Positions 10,465 through 23,244 of a DNA stretch of 64,000 nt are shown in pieces (the first letter of the stretch is position 1; the number at the start of each line of letters is the position of its first letter). Made by a program: the position numbers and the translations under genes. Below the pieces are notes generated by a model that saw nothing but the letters and a program-made list of their open reading frames with translations, was not told the DNA's origin and made no database searches. Source of the DNA: Chiloscyllium plagiosum (Eukaryota); contig NC_057758.1 in NCBI RefSeq assembly GCF_004010195.1, positions 9,234,623 through 9,298,622 of the forward strand. Reading direction: 5' to 3'.

Positions 10465-13400
10465 AGGATAGTGACATGGGCTTTGACGAATTCAATCTTA
10501 GCCAGTTTTCTCATCAAGCCTGCTTCCAGAAGTCGAACGAACAATTCTAATACATGCTGCAAAAGTTGCTTCCGTATATGACAAGAAAATTGCCAGTCCG
10601 TCGATGCATATCACTTAACTGGATAATTCTTAAATGAGTTTATTGCTGAGTCTTTGAAATGTGGCTGACATGTATTTCATTCCAATTGGCATGAATTTAA
10701 ATTGTTGTAGTCTATTGAGTAATAAAATTTGCTGTTTCAGTTAAAGGTACCTTCCAGTATCCTCTGAGTAAGTCCAACTTCGAAATATATGTTGCTCACA
10801 TCACCTCCTCAATACAGTCTTCCAAACGGGGAATCGAATATCATTCAGACTCTGTCATTAAACCGAATTTGTGAGAGTCTACACATTACCTCTTGGTCCT
10901 GTCTGGTTTTGGCAATATTACTGCGGGTGAACTCTAGGCATGGCAATTCATTTGGATTATGTCATTCTGAAGTATGCATTCAATCTCTTTTTTAACCCTT
11001 GCATGTTTAGAGTTTGAAGTATATAAGGATGCTGTTTGTTTGGAACGCCATTTCATATATCTGCATCATGCACAATTACATCAGTTCTTCCCAGCTTATT
11101 TACATGTATCTCCCCATGCGAAAGCGATAACTCTTTCAGATCATTCCGATTTTCCAGTTGATGGTAACTCAATGTTTAATCCATGTTTGTTAAAGGACCC
11201 CTCATTTTCAAATTTAATTTGAGGAATGTTCAATTCAGAATGCTTTAAACTTGATTAGTCACTATGTGTTGTAACCAGTAATATAATCTCCTTTAGCTTT
11301 CCTTCCCTAGCCAATCACATTTTGATCATATTCACGTGATATAGTCTGTGGGAATTCTTCCCGTCTCGAAGCCTTATGAAATAGTTCATTTCACTCAACT
11401 TCCTTTCGATCTGATAAGATACACTAAATCTGGCTTTCCAAGGTGCACAGATCACCGGGAGTAACACTAAAACTTTATCAGCAAAATCAAAGTGTTGAGT
11501 TTTGATTTCTTATCTGCTTCCTCTTTCATTGTATGCTGTGATTGTTAAATGCTGCCTCGTCAACTATTTATCCTTCCTCTAAATTTGAAAACATATTCTG
11601 CAGACTTGGTCTCTGAATTCTGACTCATCAATTTCTCCTTAATCAACTTCAGTTGTATTCTGCCATCATGCACTAAAACCTAATTCAAATGAAGCGAATT
11701 TGATCGATTTACTTCGTGTATCTCCAATGGAAAAAAAAACTGAAATCGAATTCCCTTTTCCGAATCATTTGGATAGTCTTGAGTATAAGCTCTCAACATG
11801 GTATTTAATGTCTGGTGCCACTTTTCTCCCATTCCCTGCGATTCTGGATGGTATGCAATGGTTTGAATTGTTTTATTCCTAAGCTTTCCATAACTTCCTT
11901 GAATAATTTTGTTGTACATTTTAAGCCTTGATTTGACTGCAGCTCAATCGGTCGTGTATATCTAGAAAACTTTGACCAACTCCTTTACGATACGTCCAGC
12001 TGATATAATGCGTAATAGAACGGCCTTTGGAAATCTAGTGGACATATCCATTATTGCTAACAAGTACTGATTCCCACATTTTATTTTAAGCAGGCGTCCT
12101 AGGCAATCAATTAAGAAACTTGGAAAAGAATTGTCAAATTAAAGAATGGGTATTAAATATGCTGGTTTTATAGCTGCCTGGCATTTTCCATTTACTGGAC
12201 AGGTATGACATGTCTGGCAAAATTTACCTCCATCATTATGCAGTCCACGCCAATAAAAATGTTCTTGTATTGTGGATTGAGATTTTATTAACCATAAATG
12301 ACCTCCTAATGTTACTTTGTGTGCTACCCGCAATATCTCCTTTCTGTAACGCTCCAGCAATACATCATGTTGAACTCCTGTCCAATTCTTATCTGCCTGA
12401 TTATGGTATTGTCTCCATTTCCTCATCAAGATCTCATTTTAAGGTTGTAACGCTTAGTGATGAACACAGAATCTTCTTCCATGTGTGACTTTTGACGCAA
12501 TTGCTTCAGTTTTATTTTAATCATTCGGCTGTAAATCAATTTGCCTGAGCTGAAAATATTGAATTTCTCCTCCACCTGTTCTGTCTCAAGCACTGGAGAA
12601 AAATGATTTCTGATAATTCTATTAAATTCCTTACCTGTATTCTTTGATTCCTCCGTCCAATTCAACTGGTAACTTTGTGGTCTTGTTACCATATAGTTGT
12701 GGAAGAAACTGTGGATATGCTTTCAATAATGCCCAAGTTTTCTGATATTCCATTAGTTTTTCAGCCAAGGTTGAATGCATTCCTACCAGTGACCCAGCAA
12801 TATCGTCAGCGAGGACACATTGTATTCCTGGAGCTGCAAGTTCCTTCACGAACTGTACTGTTTTCCTACTTCTGTCTTCCCAGAGCTTATTTTTCACATC
12901 CATCAATAATGTGACTTTATGTGGCCTAATCTATTGTAGTGATAGCAGCATAGCTTTTTAACATCTCTCTACCCTTCATGGCTTTCTTTTTTGCCCTTTG
13001 TAAGCTAACTTTATCATTTCCATTGAAATCGACTTTACCCTTACGACGTGAGGATTTGTGGTAAATCAATTTTCTATCCCTCATTAATTGAAATTGATGT
13101 TGGAAGCCAAAGTTTAATGTATGAACCAATTCATATTCATTAACCATTTCAGCTGCTAATCTTGCTGATTTAACTCGTGCTCAAAGTTTGTGCGAAGATT
13201 TGTAGCTCGGGTGCTCATTGCTGTGGTTCTGTTCGCCGAGCTGGAAGTTTTTGTTAACTCGTGCTCTTCCGCTTAATTCTCACTATCGCAGGAAGAACTT
13301 TTGAAACGCCGAAAATAATCGTCTATCTCAGAGCGTCATATGATTGACCTATTTTTAACGTCCTTATTCACTTATCAATATTACTTTGTTTGATCCTATC

Positions 13401-14290
13401 AAACTTATAGCTGGTTTGACCAGAATCCCTGCTTAGAATCTTGAAACGCTGTCTGTTGGCCTCTGGCACATGCTCATATGCACGTAAGATGGGTTTCTTT
13501 ACGTCCTCATACTCCATAGATTCCTCCTCTGACAGTAATGCAAACACCTCACTAGGTCTACCGAACAGCTTTGTTTGGATTGATAAAACCCCTGTGGTCT
13601 CTGGCCACTTCATTTGTTCAGCCACCTTGTGAAATGAGATGAGAAAACATTCTACATCCCTCCTCTTAAAGTTATGCCATGTTTGGATATATTTAATCAG
13701 ATCCTACCAGGTATTCGACTAGCAGGATTTGGTCATCTTTACTATCTTGCTGAGTAAGCCTACCGTCTACATTCATCTCCTTTCTAAGAAACAGACTTTC
13801 CTATGTAAATGCAAATTTCTGACTTTCAAACTCCCTCTCTCACATTATGCTCTCTTGTTTTCCCTTTCTTTGCTCTCTTTCTTCTCCTAGGACCTTCCTT
13901 TTGTGTTTTGCTAAAGCGATCCTATGCATTTATTTTTGATCTAGCAGAGCAATTCATACTTCTTCTCGTTCCTCTGCTTTTAACCGTCGTTCAAACGGAT
14001 TGATTTTCTTTTCATGTTCAAGCTGCCCTATCTGCAATTGAATTCGAGCTATTTCCAAAGATTCTGGTAGCATTTCCAGCAAATGTAAATGTCGAGCTGT
14101 TTCTGTAACTACCTCGCTGTTCCTCACAGATGTAAACAATTCTAACTCCAACTTGTCTGCCATTTCCAGCAGGTTTGTCTTGCTCTCCTTTTTAAAACCC
14201 ACAAAGTCACTTCTTCCACCACCAGAAAAGACTGAAAGACGTATTATTACATCAACTCATGTTTAAATCAACAGAATTCAAGCACGGAAC
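10465..14290 (-). mobile_element. Decayed Gmr1-like Ty3/gypsy LTR retrotransposon (gag-PR-IN-RT)
   Basis: Gag (AEQMKWP...VKKPILRAYEHVPEANRQRF) 14200-12930; PR region ~12900-12650; IN HHCC (AHKVTLGGHL...HFYW...CQTCHTC) 12430-12140; IN core AYHPESQG 11900-11680; RT (CIDGLAIF..LQHVLELFVRLLEAGL) ~10900-10465. Confidence 0.85.
13183..13253 (-). mobile_element. 71-bp Penelope-like terminal tail insertion in gypsy gag
   Basis: 13-bp TSD TTAACTCGTGCTC at 13170-13182 and 13254-13266; insert resembles Poseidon-type termini (ccagctcggcgaacagaaccacagc). Confidence 0.65.
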
Positions 14291-14992
14291 TAAAGGCATT
14301 AAAACGTGCCAGTCGCCGTCTTTAAGTTCAACAACCTTACGGTGTCAGGGTGTACAAAAAAAACGGTTTGTATTACACAACATTCGATCTCAGTTAAGCT
14401 GTGGCACTTGCACTTAATGGACTCCAATAGGCTGTAGCAGGCCACTTGTCCAATTTTGGTAGCAGAGCTATGACGTTGGAGAAGGGGTCTAGGAGCTCGA
14501 AGTAGCAAAATGATTCAGATGACTAGTTGCTGGAGGTCAAATAATTCAGTCCCTCGTTACCAAAATAGGAAATCCTCAGGATAGTGTGATGAGAGCAAGC
14601 ACATTAAGGTCCCTCCATCAAAGTGGGGTCGTTGGTACTAACTTCACAATGTGACAGAAGCATGCCACTGACTTTACATTTAAGCCATTGGTCTCTTGGG
14701 ACCGTTTTCATCATCACTTATATTTCAATCATCGGTCATGCTAACAAGCCCACCTTGCCCCTGCAGGCAGAGCTGCTTCATTGTCATTTGTTTCACACCA
14801 TAGCCCGTCATGAACATCTCATTTCCTTCTTCCCTGAGCACTTTCTTCCAACCACTCTTAACCTTGCCACGAGAAAACAAGGCAAGAACTACCAGGCCTC
14901 AGAAGATGACTCAACGTTCCATTTCGGTTCTTTTTGTTTTTGGGGACAATAGTGGAGGAGTGTTTGGGGGCATACATTACATTAGTATTTTT

Positions 14993-15223
14993 ATTAGATT
15001 AGATTACTTACAGTGTGGAAACAGGCCCTTCGGCCCAACAAGTCCACACCGACCCGCCGAACAGCAACCCACCCAGACCCATTCCCCTACATTTACCCCT
15101 TCACCTATCACTCGGGGCAATTTAGCCTGGCCAATTCACCTAACCTGCACATTTTTGGACTGTGGGAGGAAACCGGAGCACCCGGAGAAAACCCACGCAG
15201 ACACGGGGAGAACGTGGAAACTC
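14993..15223 (-). mobile_element. HE1/V-type SINE, 5'-truncated
   Basis: Reverse complement of SINE core and tail (ggaaacaggcccttcggcccaac...tgtgggaggaaaccggagcacccggagaaaacccacgcagacacggggagaac). Confidence 0.85.
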
Positions 15224-16243
15224 TATATAGTTCAAAACTATTCACATATTAAATAGGGATAGTAACGAAACAACCATTGTCTTTCTCCCAGAAAACCATA
15301 ACAACGTGAACTACAATGCAGATATACGTCATTAGGATCGTCATCTTCATCAGTAACAACACCCACGGACACCAGACAGACCAGGATATGGGTCTGGAGG
15401 CATCATTCATTTTTCCATCGCACATTGCTAATTGAAACGTTGCAAATAGTTGAATTATTATAACCACGGTGTGTAAAATGTTCCGTAATTTTTGTTTAAT
15501 TTTTCATTGCGCTTTTTCTTGAGATGTAGTAATGTTTGTTTGATTCTTGCATTTTCGTTTCTCCACTGTATAAAATATTCTGCAGTTTCATGATATTTGT
15601 TGGATTTTCAAGTTTTCATTGCGAAAAATTTCCTTATAGATGTTTTTTCTTGCCGTTTTAAAACGTTTGTTTTGGTATGAGCTATTTTAGATTTCTTGTT
15701 TATTTTTCATTTGTAGTAAGGTATTATTTTCTCATATGCCAGCTTCATCAGTTTAGTTGCTTGAACCTGGATAGTCCTGTAATCACCACCTTTCCTGTTG
15801 TGATCCATCACGCTTCGTGTTCAGGATTTATAGGAGGAACTGTGGCTGGACTGGCTGCTTAAAACTATAAAGTTTATGATGGCTTTGATGAGAATTGTAC
15901 AAATACTAAAGCATACTGGGAACCTAAGGCAAGCCTTGACCAAAGCAACAATGCTATTATAAAGCTGCATCATCCAGACAGGATGCAGCTATCAACAGAC
16001 AATGTGCAAACAACCCGGTAGTTGCAGATCTACCATACAGACCCGAATCTGAGTTCAAATGAAGTCAGTGGAATATCATCGTCAGGGCGAACTGCAACGT
16101 CGAGGTGTGTAACAGACACAGGAGTGCATCGCACTCTTATTTGAAGAAGTCATGATTCGGAGATGCCGGTGTTGGACTGGGGTGTACAAAGTTAAAAATC
16201 ACACAACACCAGGTTATAGTCCAACAGGTTTAATTGGAAGCAC

Positions 16244-16272
16244 TAGCTTTCGGAGCGACGCTCCTTCATCAG
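16244..16272 (-). ncRNA. Minimal hammerhead ribozyme motif in inverted pLTR
   Basis: Exact reverse complement of 20209-20237. Confidence 0.65.
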
Positions 16273-17133
16273 GGGATTGTGGAGGGCTCGATTGGAACAC
16301 AGAATTTATCGCAAAAACTTGCAGTGTGATGTAACTGAAATTATACATTGAAGAATTGATTGTCTGTTAAGCCTTTCATCTGTTAGATTACAGTGATAGT
16401 TTCACTTCTTTCATGTGTAAATCACAAAACCCTTTTTTTTAAAGTTGCATTCTCCGGTTAGCTGTTTACAATGGTGATAGCTAGACAATATGTTGAAGGT
16501 GTTAGCCCCCTGTGTTCTCTGTCTATGACCTGATATTTAGATTGATTCCAATCTAAAAAGTGAGATAACAGAGTTTTACATAAATTCATGCAGTTTTTGA
16601 GCTCAGAGTTCTACATGAATGTATGTAACTGTATACATTCATGTAGACCTCTGAGCTCAAAAACTGCATGANNNNNNNNNNNNNNNNNNNNNNNNNNNNN
16701 NNNNNNNNNNNNNNNNNNNNNNNNNNNNNNNNNNNNNNNNNNNNNNNNNNNNNNNNNNNNNNNNNNNNNNNNNNNNNNNNNNNNNNNNNNNNNNNNNNNN
16801 NNNNNNNNNNNNNNNNNNNNNNNNNNNNNNNNNNNNNNNNNNNNNNNNNNNNNNNNNNNNNNNNNNNNNNNNNNNNTCTGCTGATTGTTGTGCAGTGCCC
16901 ATTCATCTGTTGTCGTAGCCTTTGCTCGGTTTCCCCAATGTACCATGCCTCCGGGCATCCCTGCCTGCAACGTATAAGATAGACAACGTTGGCTGAGTCA
17001 CATGAGTACCTGCCATGTACAAGGTGGGAGGTGTTCCCACGCGTAATGGTGGTGTCTATGTCCACAATCTGACACGTCTTGCAGCGTCCACCGTGACAGG
17101 GTTGTATGGAGTTGTTCTGAGAGTCTCCGAATC

Positions 17134-19682
17134 ATGACTACTATCGACACCACTAACCGCCAACTTAAAGTGGAGATGATCTCCAAGAAGATTGCACATA
17201 TCGACACAGACATCAAGTTTCTACCGAATGCAGGCAAGCAGGAAAGATCCTGAAAGGATTACGGATCATGAACCCACTTAGGTCGACCTACAACACAGAC
17301 TACGCAGAGAGACTTTGCCACCGCACCTCTCGTAAACTTCTCAATCATCTCGTGCACCAACTCTACAGCAGGCGCCACAACCTGGAAATTCAGATGGAAT
17401 CCACACTCACAGCCTGCACACAGGATACATCAGTACAATCACGTGACATTGCCAAACAGACAAGGCGACAAAACTACACCACGTACATGCACCCCAATAA
17501 CAAAAAACTGGAGAAGCTTGGCATTCTCACCAGTAATAGCAAAGCCCGCCCTGGAACCACAGTAGACAACATTATCACTGCGGGGAAGTCTATTGTCAAC
17601 TTATGGGACCACTCCCTTCGACCGGAAGAGATTGAAGTCCTGAGTAGGGGTCTCAACTTCTGCCCCACCACCAAAATGGACCCGTTGGTTCTGGCAGCAG
17701 ACACAGAGGAGTTCATCAGACGAATGAGACTCCGAGAATTCTTTCAAGATACCGGCAGTGATCCCAATGAGCCCACTGATGAACTGGAACAGTCATCACA
17801 GGGATCTGGAGAGGAGCAACCAAAGAAGATGTCAACATGGACCCCACCGGAGGGCCGCTGCCCTGGGCTTGACATGTATGCTCAATCTGTCAGGAAATAT
17901 ATAAATGCCAGATTCATCAGCCGTACCTATAAGGTAGAGCAAAATGTCACCCGTTCACAACGCAATGCCATCCAGGCTCTCAAAACCAATCACAACATTG
18001 TCATCAAACCAGCAGATAAAGGAGGAGCCGTTGTCATTCAGAATAGAACAGATTACGGCAAGGAAGTGTACCGACAACTGAACAACCAGGAACATTACAG
18101 GCAACTACCAGCTGATCCGACCAAAGAACACACCCGTGAATTAAACACACTGATCAGAACTTTGGATCCAGTCCTTCAGAGTTCCCTACGCTCCCTCATC
18201 CCACGTACTTCTCGTGTAGGCGACTTCTACTGCCTTCCAAAGGTACACAAAGCCAACACACCGGGACATCATGTCGGGAAATGGGACCCTATGTGAGAAT
18301 CTCTCTGGCTATGTGGAAGGCACCTTGAAACCTATTGTTCAGGGGATCTCCAGCTTCTGTCACACACTACGGATTTCTTACAGAAACTCAGCACCCATGG
18401 ACCAGTCGAACCGGAAACATTCCTCGTCACAATGGACGTTTCCACACTCTACACCAGCATCCCCCACAAGGATGGCATCGCAGCAACAGCCTCAGTACTC
18501 AACACCAACAACTGCCAGTCTCCAAACACCATCCTACAAATCATCCGCTTTATCCTCGATCATAACGTCTTCACCTTTGACAACCAGTTCTTCATCCAGA
18601 CACACGGAACAGCCATGGGGACCAAATTTGCACCCAAATATGCCAACATTTTTATTCACAGGTTCAAACAAGATTTCTTCTCTATGCAGGATCTCCAACT
18701 GACATTGTACACCAGGTACATTGATGACATTTTCTTCCTCTGGACCCATGGCGAGGAGTCACTGATAAAACTACACAGTGACATCAACAAGTTTCATCCC
18801 ACAATCAAACTCCCCATGGACTACTCTCGACTGTCTGTCTCATTCTTGGACACATGCATCTCCATCAAGGATGGACACCTCAGCACCACACTCTACCGCA
18901 AACCCACTGACAACCTCACAATGCTACACTTCTCCAGCTTCCACCCAAAACATATTAAAACAGCCATTCCCTATGGACAAGCCCTACGCATACGCCAGAT
19001 CTGCTCAGATGAGGAGGAACGTGACGGACACCTGGAAGTACTCAGGGATGCCCTCACAAGAACGGGGTACGATGCTCAACTCATCAACCGCCAGTTCCGA
19101 CGTGCCACAGCAAGGAACCGTAATGACCTCCTCAGGAGACAGACACGGGCTGTAACTGATAGGGTACCCTTCGTTATTCAGTACTTCCCAGGGGCTTAAA
19201 AATTACGCCATGTTCTTCGTGACCTGCAACACATTATCAATGAGGATGAGCACCTCAACAAGACTTTCCCGACACCTCCACTACTTGCCTTTAAACAACC
19301 GCCAAACCTCAAACAGATCATTGTTCGTAGCAAACCTCCCGGCTCTCAGGACAACGCTATACAACCCTGTCACGGGGGACGCTGCAAGACGTGTCAGATT
19401 GTGGGCATAGATACCACTATTACGCGTGGGAACACCTCCCACCTACGACAATGGATGAATGGGCACCGCACAACAATCAACAGACAGGAGGGTTCCCTCC
19501 CAGTTGGGGAACACTTCAGTGGTCCAGGACATTCAGCCTCAGATCTTCGGGTGACCATCCTCCAAGGTGGACCTCGGGACAGGCAGCAGAGGAAAGTGGC
19601 CGAGCAGAGGCTGATAGCTAAGTTCGGTACCCATAGGGAGGGCCTCAATTGGGACCTTGGGTTTATGTCACATGACAGGTGA
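17134..19682 (+). pseudogene. Penelope-like RT/GIY-YIG endonuclease ORF, disrupted by frameshifts, a stop and a deletion
   Basis: LSRGLNFCP, IVIKPADKGGAVVI (DKG motif), FYCLPKVHK, MDVSTLYTSIP, GTAMGTKFAP, YTRYIDDIF, FLD, LYRKPTD, PCHGGRCKTC linker, HFSGPGH...AEQRLIAKFGTHREGLN. Confidence 0.92.
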
Positions 19683-19695
19683 TCGCCATTGCACT

Positions 19696-19805
19696 ACACA
19701 CACACACACACAGATATTCCTACACACACACACACGCACTCTCACATACACAGGTACACACAGACGCGCACACAGACACCCACACACACCCTTATAGACA
19801 CACAC
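19696..19805 (+). repeat. (CA)n-rich microsatellite in the Penelope 3' UTR, running into an N gap
   Basis: Direct reading. Confidence 0.85.
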
Positions 19806-20208
19806 NNNNNNNNNNNNNNNNNNNNNNNNNNNNNNNNNNNNNNNNNNNNNNNNNNNNNNNNNNNNNNNNNNNNNNNNNNNNNNNNNNNNNNNNNNNNNNN
19901 NNNNNNNNNNNNNNNNNNNACTTTTTAGATTGGAATCAATCTAAACATCAGGTCATAGACAGAGAACACAGGGGGCTAACACCTTCAACATATTGTCCAG
20001 CTATCACCATTGTTAACAGCTAACCGGAGAATGCAACTTTAAAAAAAAGGGTTTTGTGATTTACACATGAAAGAAGTGAAACTATCACTGTATTCTAACA
20101 GATGAAAGTCTTAACAGACAATTAATTCTTCAATGTATAATTTCAGTTACAACGCACTGCAAATTTTTGCTATAAATTCTGTGTTCCGATCGAGCCCTCC
20201 ACAATCCC

Positions 20209-20237
20209 CTGATGAAGGAGCGTCGCTCCGAAAGCTA
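20209..20237 (+). ncRNA. Minimal hammerhead ribozyme motif in pLTR
   Basis: CUGAUGA-A-GGAGC(GUC)GCUCC-GAAA-GCUA; palindromic stem III AGCU, NUH = CUA. Confidence 0.65.
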
Positions 20238-20597
20238 GTGCTTCCAATTAAACCTGTTGGACTATAACCTGGTGTTGTGTGATTTTATTTGAAGAAGGTA
20301 CGTGCAACCAGCACCTGCAGTAATGGACAACGAATGACCTGCCTGCCATCAACATGCCAATGCCTTTTTTGGTCAGATGGACTTGATTGATCGAGCCTGA
20401 ATGATCAATTGGTGAACAGCGAAGATCCTCCCTAAAGGATGTGAAGACGTTGGAATATAAGAATTGTGACCAAGCCACGCTCAGGGCGGTAAATCGAGAA
20501 TAACCACCGAGAAGAAATGACTCCTGATTTCTTCAGGAGAAAACCAAACAAAAACACGACGTGAAGCAAAACCAAGTTCTTACGTGGTGTTATGTGA

Positions 20598-20937
20598 TCA
20601 TAGAATCTTTACAGCGTGGGAACAGGCCATTCGGCCCAAGAAGTCCATACTGACATTTTGAAGAGTATCCAACACAGACCAATTTTCCAACACTATTATT
20701 CGACATTTTTCATGACTAATGCATCTAACCAGCACACACTTTGGGCAAATTATCATGGCCAATTCACCTGACCTGCACATTTTTGGAGTGAAATAGGAAA
20801 CCGCAGCACCCAGAGAAGACCCACACAGACACGGTGAGAATGTGCAAATATCATGCAGGCAGGTGGCCGAGGTTGGAATCAAATCTGGGTCCATGGCGCT
20901 GGGAGGCGTCGGTGCTAACCACAGAGTCACGGTACCT
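20598..20937 (-). mobile_element. HE1/V-type tRNA SINE
   Basis: Reverse complement of head (gtggttagcacc), core and CR1-like tail (ggaacaggccattcggccc). Confidence 0.8.
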
Positions 20938-21164
20938 CATCTAGAATTATGTTAAAATCTAGATAGATTTGTCAAGTAAATCATTAGTCTATAATTCATT
21001 TTGTTGTTAGAGTATTAATTCTGTAAAATAAATAAATATTAATGTTTCCAATAATTAAGATTCATCTCACCGTTCTTTGTTGGTGCATGAATTAAGAGAA
21101 AAACACTGTCTGGCGCGCACAGCACTAATTTGGTAAAGCTTAAGTTTGGTTGGAAGAAAACCTC

Positions 21165-22128
21165 CCTTTAACCTGTCTAAAAATAAAACTCTCCGACTGC
21201 AGGGACATTACATGAGTACATTCAAACTAATGTAATCTGTACATTGTTCAACCAGACAATCCCAGCGCTTGTTCAGAAATAGAAAAAAGTCACAATGATA
21301 AACTGCATAGCATTATATAGTGCCGAAGGGGGTAATACGAATGCTCATGTCTAATCTGGCTGCCGGATTATCTGTCCAGCCAATCTCAATATCCAATGTT
21401 AACTCCCAATCTCTCTCGCACCACTATGCTGGTTTCAAATTAAGATCAGATTATAGAGAAAATAGAGTCAAGAGTAGTCAAGAGTTAAGGACTCATGAGT
21501 AAACTGGAAGGAATGAGACCTAAGCATGAGATTCATGAAATATCAAAGGAAGATTTGCAATGTCATTAATATTCTGTGATTGGCGTTAATGCTGATTAGT
21601 TCTATGTGCAGATATCAACTTTGTTTTATCTCGACTACAAAATTTGTGAAAAACTTTTCTGAGAGAAATCGGTTGATATATTTGCATTAGTATCCCTAAT
21701 AATGCTGCGCTTTATACAGGGAAATGTTTGTTATCTTCGTGTGATTCAGTTGTTTTACCTAGTTTTTCTACTTCTGGATTTATATTCATAATGCCTCATT
21801 GTTTCAGGTAAAGTGTTGAAACGAGAGCAAAACATCAGATTGAGTTCCAGTCGATATAACAGATATTGGGTGAATATTGACCCATGCCTAAAATAACAAG
21901 ACACTTGCAAGAGGTATTCCAATTGGTATAAATTCAAAATTCTGTTTTGAAATTTCAATTTGCAGAATCAATTAAGCATTTCAAAAAATGCCAATGTTCC
22001 GTGGAATTGCAATTTGATTGAGGTTTTAATGCACTGAAGCTAAACAAATCTAAGAATTGTTTAATGCATCACAATTTGCTTTTCCTAAGATGATTTTTCT
22101 CCAGCTCTTGCATTAGCATATTGCTAAG
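21165..22128 (+). repeat. Diverged ~1 kb duplicated segment, copy 2
   Basis: Colinear with 5035-6100. Confidence 0.75.
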
Positions 22129-22570
22129 AAAAGAGCTATAACGAAAAGTAAAATAGAACAGGAGAAAAAGAAAAGCCCAGAACATAAAGACATATAGCAA
22201 AAGTTTACATAAATATATAAAACGAGAAAGAGTAGTTGAAGTAAACATTGGTCCTTTCGAAGATAAGAAAGGAAATTTAGTGCTGGGGTATGATGAAATT
22301 GCTGAAGCATTTAACAGATATTTTGCATCGGTCTTCACAGTGGGTGGCACTACGAACATTCAAGTAATTGACCCAAGAGGTGAAGGTAGGTGAGAACCTG
22401 GAAACAATCATTATTACGGCAGAATTAAAGTTGAGTAAGCTAATGGAGCTAAGGGTATAGAAGTCTCCTTGTCCGCATTGAATGTATCCCAGGTTACTAA
22501 AATTGATGTCGGGATGAACACTGGTGGCAATTTTCGAAAATTCGCTCGACTTTGGGGCAGTCGCCGTGAA
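22129..22570 (+). mobile_element. CR1 LINE ORF2 fragment (between EN and RT)
   Basis: Degenerate SKSLHKYIK..VEVNIGPFED..EIAEAFNRYFASVFT. Confidence 0.75.
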
Positions 22571-22801
22571 GACTTATGACCTTTCAAGAGGGGCGTCTTG
22601 GTTCGAGATCGGTCAAAAGAATCAATGGAATGCGGTCTGTACAAAAGCAAGGACCATTATTAAAGTGAATAAAGGCACGTTGACACAATTCTGTCCAGCA
22701 ACACGGAGGTTAAAGCTTCTGTGTTCCGTGGTGAAATTGCACTCTTACATGCGAAAATTACACATTATATATATATGCTTTTTAACAGATAGTTCAGCCT
22801 C

Positions 22802-22975
22802 AATTACAAGAAAAGACGATTACATATAATAAGATGACATGATTTATAGCAAGTTAATCCAATGATATTTCCTGAGAAAGGTTTCTTAATTACAAGAAAA
22901 GTCCAATCGACTGTAATGTGGTGACATGATTGACAACAGGCTAATCCAATGGTATTCCCTTGGAAAGAAATCTCA
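22802..22975 (+). repeat. Diverged 86-bp tandem duplication
   Basis: aattacaagaaaag...tgacatgatt...taatccaatg.tatt at 22802 and 22888. Confidence 0.7.
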
Positions 22976-23244
22976 TTTACGTAAATCATCATGCCACGGT
23001 AGCAGTTCAAGGATAGTTTGAATGGTCAATTAATGTGTCAGTGTTCATTTTATGAAAACTCTATTTTCCTCTGATCTTTGGGTTTCAGCTTAATTCTGCA
23101 AAACAGCAGTACTAGTTCACAGTGTTCAATCACTATTCTTAGCCATTTTGTTGTATTCTTTTAAATTGAATAACCATTGTGTGGTTAGTAAAAAAATACA
23201 CATACTTGTTGCTTCTAACAATAACCTAATTCAAATTTTAGATC

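Larger units (their letters stand above)
16150..20284 (+). mobile_element. Near full-length Penelope-like retroelement (Neptune-type) with inverted pLTRs
   Basis: 13-bp TSD TTATTTGAAGAAG at 16137-16149 and 20285-20297. 16195-16561 is the reverse complement of 19920-20284; inverted 3' copy spans 16150-17119; RT + GIY-YIG ORF inside. Confidence 0.95.

Noticed and set aside
14510..14655. Possible L2-group RT remnant (GNPQDSV, resembling GVPQGSV)
   Set aside because: Too short and degenerate to call with confidence.
15830..16149. Semi-open frame continuing at 20298, possibly a host exon split by the Penelope element
   Set aside because: Contains stops. At most a faint resemblance to a gypsy integrase C-terminus, which I cannot support.
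16586..16671. 86-bp near-perfect palindrome in the Penelope left arm
   Set aside because: It directly abuts an N gap inside an inverted repeat, so it is plausibly a mis-assembly switching between arms. Long reads are needed before it can be interpreted.
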